A stretch of DNA of 64,000 nucleotides from Nitrosopumilus sp. (lineage in GTDB: Archaea > Thermoproteota > Nitrososphaeria > Nitrososphaerales > Nitrosopumilaceae). Position numbers and translations under genes: made by a program. The notes beneath the pieces were generated by a model. That model searched no databases and had not been told where the DNA came from. It saw only the letters and a program-made list of their open reading frames with translations. The stretch covers positions 1,984,001-2,048,000 of the forward strand of contig OZ242041.1 of NCBI GenBank assembly GCA_965205215.1, written 5' to 3'. Positions 9,268-18,279 of the stretch are shown piece after piece (position 1 is the first letter of the stretch; every line of letters starts with the position of its first letter).

Positions 9268-10025
9268 CGCGCCCGCCTCACTGCTGTCAGTTCCCACTGC
9301 CTCCACTCCCCGGTTTTCGGGGGCAGCCGCCTCTCCGTCCTTTCAACCGGCGTACCCAGAGGATCGAATCCCGCCCGGCGGAGCCCCGACTCGAGCTCGC
9401 GCCTTGCAAAGAAATGTATGCGGAGCCCTTTCTTGGGGCCCGCTGAATAGACGACGGTGAACCCGCCATAGTCGTTTCTCTCCACAACCTCGTGCGGGTG
9501 GTAGACGTCCGTGCCGGCCGAATTTACGCGCAAAAACAGCAGCCCGCCGGGCCGCAGTACGGCCGCGGCCCGCTCAAGGTACCTCTGGGCCGTTCGCCCG
9601 TCGCCGTGCTGGAACGTCTGTATGGACACGAGATAGTCCACCGCCCCCGGCATGTCACAACTGCCGTCAAGAAAGTTCCCGCGGGACACGCGCCCCGTAT
9701 GCTCCGGGTGCTTCTGCAGCAGGCTGCGTATGCCGGACTCTGACACGTCGATACCGTGGAGGCCGCCGCATGCAGCGGCCAGCGGCGCGTAGTTGCGCCC
9801 GCTCCCGCACCCGACGTAGACGCCGCGCCCGCCCGTTTGGCCGCGCTTGCGCAGCTCGCCTATGATCACGCGGACGAACGGCACCGGGGGCTCGGCCTCG
9901 TACCTGCCGGACTCGTACTCGCGGTCCCAGCACTGCGCGATGTCTTCACTGCCGTCGCCCTCTCCGCGTCCCATTCCACAGCTCTGGCCGCACGTTGCAT
10001 AAAACCCCTCCTTCTCACCCATCAA
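9264..10025 (-). CDS. Class I SAM-dependent methyltransferase
   Basis: YVGCGSGRN motif I, GIDVS, VLRPGG. Confidence 0.88.
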   Translation of the reverse strand: MMGEKEGFYATCGQSCGMGRGEGDGSEDIAQCWDREYESGRYEAEPPVPFVRVIIGELRKRGQTGGRGVYVGCGSGRNYAPLAAACGGLHGIDVSESGIRSLLQKHPEHTGRVSRGNFLDGSCDMPGAVDYLVSIQTFQHGDGRTAQRYLERAAAVLRPGGLLFLRVNSAGTDVYHPHEVVERNDYGGFTVVYSAGPKKGLRIHFFARRELESGLRRAGFDPLGTPVERTERRLPPKTGEWRQWELTAVRRAR

Positions 10026-10104
10026 TGGCCTGGGCTATCATCCTCCGTCGCCGTCGTCACAATGCTCAACTGCATTATTCCTAGGTGGTGGCGAACCGCA
10101 TCGT

Positions 10105-10245
10105 TGGCATCTTGCTGCCGTCTACCCCTCGCCGCCACTCCCCAGCCTCTGGGGCCCGCCAGCCCTCCGATCCTTCTACGATGACGGCCGTCATCAGGCC
10201 GAACTCCGCCCAGCGTAGTCTTGACTCGAGCTCACGTTTTGCAGA
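10105..10245 (-). pseudogene. Relic duplicate of the methyltransferase 3' end
   Basis: SAKRELESRLRWAEF...VEGSEGWRAPEAGEWRR aligns to FARRELESGLRRAGF...VERTERRLPPKTGEWRQ; shared DNA GACTCGAGCTC and CCACTCCCC. Confidence 0.75.
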
Positions 10246-10376
10246 CCCCAAACTGATCGAGTTCAGACGGCAGGAAGAAAGCGGGCTGAGGAAAATATTG
10301 TTCATGCGTTAATATTCACGGTCCTATTGCCAATTCGTGACCTTCTCTCAAACGCACCGCCGCAAGCGCCGTTTTT

Positions 10377-10841
10377 ATGCCTGTGTGCAGCCCACAAAAC
10401 ATGTCAACAACGCCCGACGACATCACCGTACTGGCCAGCACCATAAAAAAGCTGAATAGCATTACAGACGAGCTGGTACAGAAAGTAGCCACGCTGGAGA
10501 CTGAAGTCGAGGGGCTGAAAGACCTCCTGAAGGACGGCACCATTACGGCTACTAGAGACGGAGGGACTGCACAGCCCGAACCCAATATCGAGGTAAACGT
10601 CATATCGTGCCAAAAATCCTCTGGGGATGTCGAAGTCAAGGGAAGCATAACCAACACCGGAGACACGACCCATACAATCAGGTACATCGCTTTTCTGACG
10701 GACTCCAACGGGAACATGATAACGTTTGAGGACGGCACCGTATACGATCTCGATCCGGGGCAGACAGAGTATGTCACTGAATGGATCGAGCACAGTGGCA
10801 AGTGGCACGAATGCGGCCTGAAAGTCACGGGCATCGAGTAG
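10377..10841 (+). CDS. Coiled-coil plus FxLYD-like Ig domain protein
   Basis: VKGSITNTG...FLTDSNGN...LDPGQT. Confidence 0.7.
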   Translation: MPVCSPQNMSTTPDDITVLASTIKKLNSITDELVQKVATLETEVEGLKDLLKDGTITATRDGGTAQPEPNIEVNVISCQKSSGDVEVKGSITNTGDTTHTIRYIAFLTDSNGNMITFEDGTVYDLDPGQTEYVTEWIEHSGKWHECGLKVTGIE

Positions 10842-10943
10842 AAGCGACATATTCCTCATCACCCTCCAACTTTCCAATCCCCGTGGCTTGAGGGTCTGAG
10901 TGTGTAAAAATTATAACGACAGTTCTGATTGTCGGCAATCCTA

Positions 10944-11189
10944 CTACTTCTTTTTTAGGTCTCTCATCTTTATAGTGAGAGATTTGAAGTATTCATACGG
11001 CAACTGAATCCGATTCATTCTTTCTTTCACATACGTCTCAGTCATCTCATCAAACCCAATGATGACGGACGCCCCCTGCTTGTTATGCGTGAACCAAACG
11101 ATCTCATTGGATTCGTCTGAGACCTGCATTTCAAACCCCAAGTTTTCAAGGGCAATTCGGACAGTAGAAAAAGAAAAAATTGCCATCAA
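10944..11189 (-). CDS. HicA-like toxin (divergent)
   Basis: 81 aa, ALENLGF...WFTH, C-terminal helix; overlaps the HicB-like gene. Confidence 0.55.
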   Translation of the reverse strand: MMAIFSFSTVRIALENLGFEMQVSDESNEIVWFTHNKQGASVIIGFDEMTETYVKERMNRIQLPYEYFKSLTIKMRDLKKK

Positions 11190-11398
11190 TTCCGCCTCTG
11201 TAGTCGTGCCTTACCCTTGATCAGGATGGCGTGCGGGTCTTTGGGGTATTTCTGAGCATACAACTTGGCCGCTGCATGTATCGCATCGTCCAACTTGGAT
11301 TCGTCCTTAGAAGAGACGGAGATCATGGCATTCGAGTCACATGTGGCTATAAAGCCGTCAGGATCTCGGATTACAGTATATGTCAGATCATTCTTCAT
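11186..11398 (-). CDS. HicB-like antitoxin (short)
   Basis: YTVIRDPDGFIATC...SVSSKD...AIHAAAKLY fits the HicB partial RNase H fold. Confidence 0.6.
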   Translation of the reverse strand: MKNDLTYTVIRDPDGFIATCDSNAMISVSSKDESKLDDAIHAAAKLYAQKYPKDPHAILIKGKARLQRRN

Positions 11399-11590
11399 GG
11401 CACAATGTTGGAATATGCCAATTTAAGCTTTTCAAAGAACAATTTGTCAGATTTCGTGCCTACTAATCAACATTCATGCCCAAGATGTTGATTATACTCA
11501 TACACCCGTATGTGGTATGTGGTAAGGTGCCTGCTTCTGGTCGGCGCCGGATACCAGTCAACATTTAAGGCTCCCAGCCGCAACACCCCC

Positions 11591-11830
11591 GTGAACACGC
11601 GCAAATATGCCGTCTATTTCGACAAGCGGAACACACACATCAGCATCCACGGCCCGGGCTACATCCAGAGACGAAAACGCGGGGGAATACACGCGTACTA
11701 GAAGAGCGGAGAATGGAGGTTCTTTGCGGAGGAAGGTGAGGCGCGGGAGTACGCAAGTGTGGTGTCCGAGAAAGAGCATATCGGCCATGTGGAGGACTGC
11801 CAGCTCTGCAAAAACCGGGGCCGGTTATAA
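11591..11830 (+). pseudogene. Small Zn-binding hypothetical interrupted by an in-frame TAG
   Basis: KYAVYFDK..ISIH...GGIHAY*KSGEWRFFAEEGEAREYA...DCQLCK; stop at 11699-11701. Confidence 0.5.
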
Positions 11831-11938
11831 GAACGCGGGCACCGCATCTCAGAAGGTCAAGCGGGCAACTGCTGTGTCCATATCACGAATTGTGACATAC
11901 CCGATCATTAAATTGTTAAATATCCCCCACCGATCATC

Positions 11939-12193
11939 GTGACAATGAGTTCAGGTATATCATCAGACATGATGGAAATACTCATGAAGAAGCTCTTGGG
12001 TTGTAAGCAACTCAGTGACTCGGTAAAGACAGAAGACAAACAGCGCGTACTGGATGCGTTGATAGAATGCGCCATGACAGATATTCAGTTGATGCGCCGC
12101 GCGCCTGGCATGGACCGAGTGGGCCTGGTACCCGTCATGAGTGACGAAGAAGAGGCAGAATTTAGGAAAAATCTGCAAAGGATCTGTACTTAA
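11939..12193 (+). CDS. Hypothetical protein
   Basis: 84-aa ORF with AT-rich upstream region. Confidence 0.45.
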   Translation: MTMSSGISSDMMEILMKKLLGCKQLSDSVKTEDKQRVLDALIECAMTDIQLMRRAPGMDRVGLVPVMSDEEEAEFRKNLQRICT

Positions 12194-12361
12194 GATCTGC
12201 CTTAATTTTTCACAAAACTCTTTAAGGATTTTTTTAACCTTCGGTGAAATCTCTTCCATGGCCTGTGTAGGCACTATTCGTATTTAGTAATATACACGGC
12301 TGGATAGTTCCATTATAATACGATAGCCAACACAGATCGCAAGTGCCGGGGTGTAGTTAAT

Positions 12362-12736
12362 ATGGCGTTGGACAGGAGGAGTGGTAAGATGGTGGGGGAT
12401 AACAGGGCGCCAGCTGACGAGTATGCGACGGTATTTAGCGAACTCAACAAGATTATCGAGGCAAGCATGAAGACGACGGAGGAGCTCAATGCAGCGGTTA
12501 AACCATATGTAGAGATGATGGAGAAGATCGAGGCGTCGACTAAGCCATATGTAGAGATGATGGAGAAGGCCGAGGCGTCGACTAAGCCATATGTAGAGAT
12601 GATGGAGGAGCTCAATGCAGCGGTTAAACCATATGTAGAAATGATGAAGAAGGCCGAGGCGTCGGTTAGCGAATTCAAGAAGCGTATGATGGAGCATATG
12701 GAGAGGATGGATCGGCTCGCGACATCGTTTGACTAA
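12362..12736 (+). CDS. Helical 14-aa tandem-repeat protein
   Basis: Four units xxxxxxKPYVEMM(E/K) with a 42-bp period. Confidence 0.65.
   Translation: MALDRRSGKMVGDNRAPADEYATVFSELNKIIEASMKTTEELNAAVKPYVEMMEKIEASTKPYVEMMEKAEASTKPYVEMMEELNAAVKPYVEMMKKAEASVSEFKKRMMEHMERMDRLATSFD
12482..12667 (+). repeat. 42-bp coding tandem repeat (about 4.4 units)
   Basis: CCATATGTAGA(G/A)ATGATG recurs every 42 bp. Confidence 0.9.
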
Positions 12737-12931
12737 TCCAGTGGCGCTTGTAGAACGGTCAAATGACTAGGGTACGACACTTTTAGTAGCCTCTCGGTCG
12801 GTCAGCCCACCGCCGCGTTATGCAGGATGTTTCGTTGCTCTCTCCCCATGCCTAGCAACCGAATTGTAAGCAGAACCAAAATGAGTAATGCTTAATTTAC
12901 GTTATGCCATAGAGTATGGTAGAATGGGAAC

Positions 12932-13174
12932 GTGGAACCACACATGGATCTCACCAGCATCCTAAGGTCCCTGTGCCTGACAAGGGACGACTTTACGGTC
13001 TCCACCCGTTGCAGGCTTAAGGGGCACGTAGTAAACGGGAAGATACTGGACGGCCTTGAGCCGGGCAACGACTGGGAAGCCGCGGAGTGCGAAAAGTGCC
13101 ACTTTCCAGTCTACGTGCGTAGAGATCCAGAAAACAAGGAATATTACATCATAGTAGAGGAACTATATGAATGA
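12932..13174 (+). CDS. Small Zn-ribbon-like hypothetical protein
   Basis: CRLKGH...CEKC; overlaps the next gene. Confidence 0.5.
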   Translation: MEPHMDLTSILRSLCLTRDDFTVSTRCRLKGHVVNGKILDGLEPGNDWEAAECEKCHFPVYVRRDPENKEYYIIVEELYE

Positions 13175-13800
13175 GCACGCCCCGAACGGGTGCAGTCAAG
13201 CGCAGGGAGTTCTACGTACAGGCCGTCCACATCCTGTTTGCCATAATACTGGCACAGAGCTTTATACTGGCCTCACAGGTCATGATACCGATCCACGCCA
13301 TACTTGAGCTGGACAACCGCGAGACAGTCTCCACGCTTATGTTCTCATATCTGCTGATCGTCTTGGGGTGGATAGGGTACGCTAGGACCACATCCATCAG
13401 CCCGTACAGGGACACGGCTTGGAGCGTAGCGCGGTTCGTCCTAGACCTTGTAATACTCTTCGGGTACTTCTACCTTCTCCAGATCTCCCAGACGAAGAAC
13501 GTGGGGGACTTTCCATTGGTTGTAATGGCAATATCCCTCATGTACATGCTGTCCGACAACGTAAAGCAACGGGAACGTCCATTGCAGGATGAGCGGTGGG
13601 TCATACGCAGGAGGGGTACCACCAAGCTGCTGTTCATAGGAGTCGCTCTGGTCGCGGTGATGCATGACGACGGTATGTTTGATGACGTGTCGGCATGGAT
13701 TTGCGTTGACCCGCATATCCTAGTCATCGGTATCCTTACCCTCCTAATAGTACTGCATGGGATCGGCAGGTGGCAGGTGGCAGAGAAGCACCATCTTTAA
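13171..13800 (+). CDS. Multi-pass membrane protein
   Basis: About 6 hydrophobic segments. Confidence 0.7.
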   Translation: MSTPRTGAVKRREFYVQAVHILFAIILAQSFILASQVMIPIHAILELDNRETVSTLMFSYLLIVLGWIGYARTTSISPYRDTAWSVARFVLDLVILFGYFYLLQISQTKNVGDFPLVVMAISLMYMLSDNVKQRERPLQDERWVIRRRGTTKLLFIGVALVAVMHDDGMFDDVSAWICVDPHILVIGILTLLIVLHGIGRWQVAEKHHL

Positions 13801-14159
13801 TTCTTACCTTGACGTGTCCTTACATAACAAGCCAAATGCTACAAGAGTAGTTATGGCAAAGAACATGACTGGTCGATCAGACATAAGGCAGCCTATTATG
13901 GTTTTATCGGAAGTGCAAAATAACAAGGTTATGGTCAAACAAATCATGAATATTATGAAAAATGCCCCCCAAATTTTTCTCCGTGTCACTGTGCCTGTTT
14001 GCCTAGGAGAGATTATTTATAGATTTTAAGTACTGGTTCCGTTTCCAATTAGTGACCTAATGCCAATTTGGACTAGATTAGGCACGGCATAGATGCAGGT
14101 TGGGCGCAGGTCACGAATCGGAGGCAGAACCCGGTTTAGCTGCCCTGCTACCAATGTCA

Positions 14160-15668
14160 CTACCTTGGAATCTTGCGCCTGATCAGGAACCTCTCGCCGG
14201 GCAGATCCTTTACTAGGTCCCATCCTTCCGCGGTGTCCGCCAACAGATCGGCCTCACCGTCTGCAATCCTGCTCTCAAAGAGAGACGGTCTGGGGGCCTT
14301 GTTATCGGCGGTGACTGCAACCGAGGCTGCGTCTGACGCCTGTATCGATGTCGCCTGTATCGCCGGCACCGCCGTTTCCCCCGCGCTGGGGACACCTCTG
14401 TCCGCCTCCAAGGCAGTCGCGGGTGCCACCACGTCATCATTGATCCCCGCACTACCGTCCTGCGCGGACGCGGCTGCGGCCTGCCGCGGCGGCAGCGACG
14501 ACGGTACACCCCGCGCCCCGTCCAGAGTCCCGCCCACAAGCATGTCGTCGGGGTCCAGCCCGTACATCTTGGCCTGCTGCCTCCACATCCCGATCAGCAT
14601 CTTGCGCCTGTCCTTTTCCGAGTCATATGTGGCGTCGGTGGACAGAAATGGCTGGCTCTGCTCAAACGCGCGCCTCATGTCCTCTGTCATCTGATCCGTA
14701 AGCCTGCCCTTGTTTGTCGTATACCTGGCCTCCATGTCCCCCTTGTGTCCCATGAAGAACTGCCGGTACGCGTGCGTCATGCACCCGTGGCTCTCAGCGA
14801 TCAGGAGCTGGCTGTCAAAGTACGCCCTCAGCGCGTAGGGGCGCGCCCTGAGCACGCTCCAGATTATGGGACGGGCGATGGCGCCCAGGGCGGTGGTGGC
14901 CACGAACCCGTTTCCCCTCTCGTCAAGCTTGCGCCACCCCTTGAGATGGTATCCAAAGGCCACCGTCACGAGGGGCGAGCCGGGCCTCAGAACCTCGCCC
15001 CGGGCCATCCTCTCCTGGATGTACCCGAGCACGTACTTGCAGCCCTCCTCGGCCAGAAATGTAAAGTATTTTTTCCGGATCTTGCTCAGCTGCGGCCTCA
15101 CCACCACCATCGCGGGGGTCCGGGAAAAGCGGGTGTGGCTGCCGTCAAGCACCAGGTCCGGCAGGTCCGAGAGCACCAGTCCGTCACTGCGGTCTGCAAG
15201 CCCCAGTACCTGCGGCCTCACCCCGGCAAAGGCCATCATGCTTATGATTACCCGGCTCCTCGGATCCGCTGCATCCAGTATCTTTTTGAGCTGTTCCTTG
15301 TCCGGCACCTTTTCGTCCTGTATGCTCACCGGCACGTCCGAGTTTGCGATCTTGATCTTGCGCTTGATCTCTATGTGGTTGTATTCCATCCAAGACTTTA
15401 CGGCGGCCAGCATCCCCTTGGTGTACCCGGGGGCGTACCCTTTCTCCTCCATCCACGACACGTGGTCAAGCAGCGTGTTTTCGGCCCTCATCGGGTTCTT
15501 TCTTCCCATTTTCGCCAGCTCGCGCGGCGTCATTCCCACCCTGTCGCAGAACAGGTTCAGCCGCCTGAGCCTGACGGTGCACGTGAGCATGCTGGATCTG
15601 CGCAGGTTGTCGTGCCACCGCCTCACGTCAGGATCTCTCAGCAGTACGGCCGGGGGATCTCTTGCCAT
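14160..15668 (-). CDS. int: Tyrosine recombinase/integrase, copy 2
   Basis: Core nearly identical to copy 1 with the same catalytic residues; the low-complexity C-terminal linker diverges. Confidence 0.88.
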   Translation of the reverse strand: MARDPPAVLLRDPDVRRWHDNLRRSSMLTCTVRLRRLNLFCDRVGMTPRELAKMGRKNPMRAENTLLDHVSWMEEKGYAPGYTKGMLAAVKSWMEYNHIEIKRKIKIANSDVPVSIQDEKVPDKEQLKKILDAADPRSRVIISMMAFAGVRPQVLGLADRSDGLVLSDLPDLVLDGSHTRFSRTPAMVVVRPQLSKIRKKYFTFLAEEGCKYVLGYIQERMARGEVLRPGSPLVTVAFGYHLKGWRKLDERGNGFVATTALGAIARPIIWSVLRARPYALRAYFDSQLLIAESHGCMTHAYRQFFMGHKGDMEARYTTNKGRLTDQMTEDMRRAFEQSQPFLSTDATYDSEKDRRKMLIGMWRQQAKMYGLDPDDMLVGGTLDGARGVPSSLPPRQAAAASAQDGSAGINDDVVAPATALEADRGVPSAGETAVPAIQATSIQASDAASVAVTADNKAPRPSLFESRIADGEADLLADTAEGWDLVKDLPGERFLIRRKIPR

Positions 15669-15764
15669 TCTGTTCCAGCTGCGCAGATTCAAAGTAGGTT
15701 TAAGACGCAGCCTTCGTTTCGTGCCTCCTCCTGTTGCCGGCCGGGTTCTCCGGGATTTAGTCGC

Positions 15765-15910
15765 TGGAGAGCCGGGTTTGCCTGCCTGAGCTCCCACGAA
15801 TCTGGTGCCTTGCGCGGGGCCCAGCTCGCCGTCACGCGCGTTACGCCCGGACATAGTGCTGTTGCGTTTGCCAGAATTCTTGGCACGTGCACTAAGCATC
15901 ATCGGGCCCA
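15765..15910 (-). repeat. Conserved 146-bp integrase leader / element end, copy 2
   Basis: 141/146 identical to 7288-7433. Confidence 0.9.
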
Positions 15911-16256
15911 TTCTCGTCTTTTCTAGGTCGTTTTTAGTTCGAATTTCGACGTCCGGATTCATACCTGCCAACGTACAGATTCAACTGGAGTGGATTTAAC
16001 ATGATGTTGATGCCTGCAGGCCCAAACGTCCCGTATGCCGCATTCCACATGTTGGCAATGCCCGCACGCTACACGTCACAATGAATTTTTTGGAGTATCT
16101 GCCTGTCACCCCTGCGGGTCAGAAGCTTGAGGTGTGGCAGTTTGGATCACCCACTCAGACACTACGGCGCGAAGCCCACGCGTTATCAGAAGTCACTCCA
16201 TCGCCGCAACGCGACAAGAAGATACACGTGTTCAGACCATGATGCACGCCTGTAAA

Positions 16257-17186
16257 CTATGGTATGGATGCTCGGAATACTTCAATGACGGGATCGGGGC
16301 GTGTAAAATTGAATTGTAGCAGATAGTTGTTCTCGTCTTGCAGGCTCGTAAAGGCCACCTCATCGTCATTCTCCAGGACCATGAAAAAATCCCCCTCCCA
16401 CTCAAAGAATTGCTTTGGTACTGACAGTTCCACCCCGCCGCTCCCTTGGGAGTGAATCTCGAGCCGCAGGGTGTTCCAGTCAGGGTGGTACCGCATGTCA
16501 CTCAGGAGGCCTTTAATCACCGTATAGGAGATGCGGTGATCCTTTTCGCGCGTCCTGACGTTGACCGAATCGCTTACTGTCGCGTTGCCGTTGTCGTCAA
16601 ACACCACCGGATACCACGACTTTTTGACGGCGGTCTCCGGATACACGCAGGCAAATTTCAGACCGGGTCGCAGAACCAGCAGGTGGTCAGGGTTGTTGCA
16701 GTAGAGTATCTGGCCTGCGGTTCGGTCCTGGATCTGCTTGTAAAGCGACTTTTCTAGGCAGCTGCTGTCGACTGATCTACTTACAATGTGAGGCTCACCC
16801 GTGGGCGGATACGTGTAAAGCAGATCAACAGAAGTAGAACCTTGCACGGAGATCACATAATTGAAGAAACAGTCATCCTCCACCAGCTCACTTTGCAACT
16901 CTAAACCTTCTCCCACCGCCACCATCGGGTCATAAACCGCCGCATCGTCATGCGTTGTAAATATTGGGAAATTCTTTGGAATTTTTATCAAGAGTGGTTC
17001 TTCCCCAGTGTTCGGAATTAACGTAAAGAACAACCCTTCGTCGGGCACAAAGTCAACATTTTCCACAACGTTTGGTTCTATCAAAATCCGGAATGTCTCA
17101 TCTTCCGTGCTCGGAATGGATTCTTCGATACCTGCAACCAAGATGATCGCATAAAAAAGAAAGTTCAACGTAAATCCAATTCCCAA
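16257..17186 (-). CDS. Secreted/surface thaumarchaeal protein
   Basis: N-terminal hydrophobic signal; C..P.HLLVLRP...ACVYPETAVK..W motif; beta domains resembling PEFG-CTERM proteins. Confidence 0.6.
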   Translation of the reverse strand: MGIGFTLNFLFYAIILVAGIEESIPSTEDETFRILIEPNVVENVDFVPDEGLFFTLIPNTGEEPLLIKIPKNFPIFTTHDDAAVYDPMVAVGEGLELQSELVEDDCFFNYVISVQGSTSVDLLYTYPPTGEPHIVSRSVDSSCLEKSLYKQIQDRTAGQILYCNNPDHLLVLRPGLKFACVYPETAVKKSWYPVVFDDNGNATVSDSVNVRTREKDHRISYTVIKGLLSDMRYHPDWNTLRLEIHSQGSGGVELSVPKQFFEWEGDFFMVLENDDEVAFTSLQDENNYLLQFNFTRPDPVIEVFRASIP

Positions 17187-17485
17187 ACGGGCAGTAGTCG
17201 TATATATCGTGATCGATTAATTTGTTCTTGAGAACCGAGTTGAACTGTAGTTCTGGCAATACTGCAGCCGGTGTACCGAACCGTTGTCCACTCGCAGCGT
17301 CATGCCACCAACAAAAGACCGTTGCATGCAACTGCCTTCCCCCCCCCCCTCCCTCTTCCCCCCAACCGCACTTGCGCCCAAAACGCGGACGGAAAAGGCA
17401 GACACAATCACACAATGTGCGGGCATCCGATAACGCACGGCAATCAGCTGTCGAAGTTTTAATACATCATACGCCCCAGAGGGGC

Positions 17486-18157
17486 ATGCGCACGGTTACA
17501 ATCGAAGACTTGGTCGGGAGGCCGCTCAGCGGTATAGAAGAGAAGAACTCCCCCGGCACGGTCTACGTGCAGGGGCCCATGGACATCCCGATCCCGCCGC
17601 CGAGGATCTCCGTGGTGGGTACAAGGCGCCCCACCACCGAGGGCGTCAGAGAGGCCCAAGCCCTGGCCGGGATGCTCGCGGACAACGACGCCACTGTGGT
17701 AAGCGGCCTTGCCTCCGGAATAGACACCGTATCGCACAAGAGCGCCATCGAGCAGGGGGGCCGGACCGTGGCAGTACTTGGTACCCCGCTGAACGTCGCA
17801 TACCCGGCGTCAAACCGTGATCTACAGAAGCTCATTGCAGACTGCCACCTGGTCGTATCCCAGTTTCCTGCCGGGCGCCCCGTCACCAGGAAAAACTTTG
17901 TCATGAGGAACCGCACCGTGGCGCTGATATCGGACGCCAGCGTGATAGTCGAGGCGGGAGAGGGCAGCGGCACCAGGCACCTGGGATGGGAGGCCATCAG
18001 GATTAAGAGGCCCCTGTTTGTGTGCGGGCCCGCAGCAAGGCGGCGGCCGAGATGGCTGGAGGAGATGGAGGGTTACGGCGCGATCACACTTGAGAATTAC
18101 GAGGAGATACTAGACGCGGTGTCACGTAACACCAAGTCAATAGACGTGTTTGAATGA
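17486..18157 (+). CDS. dprA: DprA/Smf (Rossmann domain only)
   Basis: VVGTRRP, VSGLASGID..SH, AVLGTPL..YP, FVMRNRTVA, VEAGEGSGT. Confidence 0.9.
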   Translation: MRTVTIEDLVGRPLSGIEEKNSPGTVYVQGPMDIPIPPPRISVVGTRRPTTEGVREAQALAGMLADNDATVVSGLASGIDTVSHKSAIEQGGRTVAVLGTPLNVAYPASNRDLQKLIADCHLVVSQFPAGRPVTRKNFVMRNRTVALISDASVIVEAGEGSGTRHLGWEAIRIKRPLFVCGPAARRRPRWLEEMEGYGAITLENYEEILDAVSRNTKSIDVFE

Positions 18158-18279
18158 TCCCCCCCATTCCGTATGCCGGCAGGCGCGCCAGACAACTCCC
18201 ATGCATACCGAGCAGGCAAAAGAAGACGTCGTGACTTTCCGTGGATTCGACTACGGCCCGCCAGCTTTTCGACGCACAG

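Noticed and set aside
12482-12667. CRISPR-like regularly spaced repeat
   Set aside because: The period is 42 bp in frame, the intervening segments are short and themselves repeated, and there are no cas genes: a coding repeat
18235-18263. tRNA 3'-like att remnant (TTCGACT...CCA)
   Set aside because: Stem geometry does not fit a T-arm and there is no partner copy; more likely a hairpin between convergent genes
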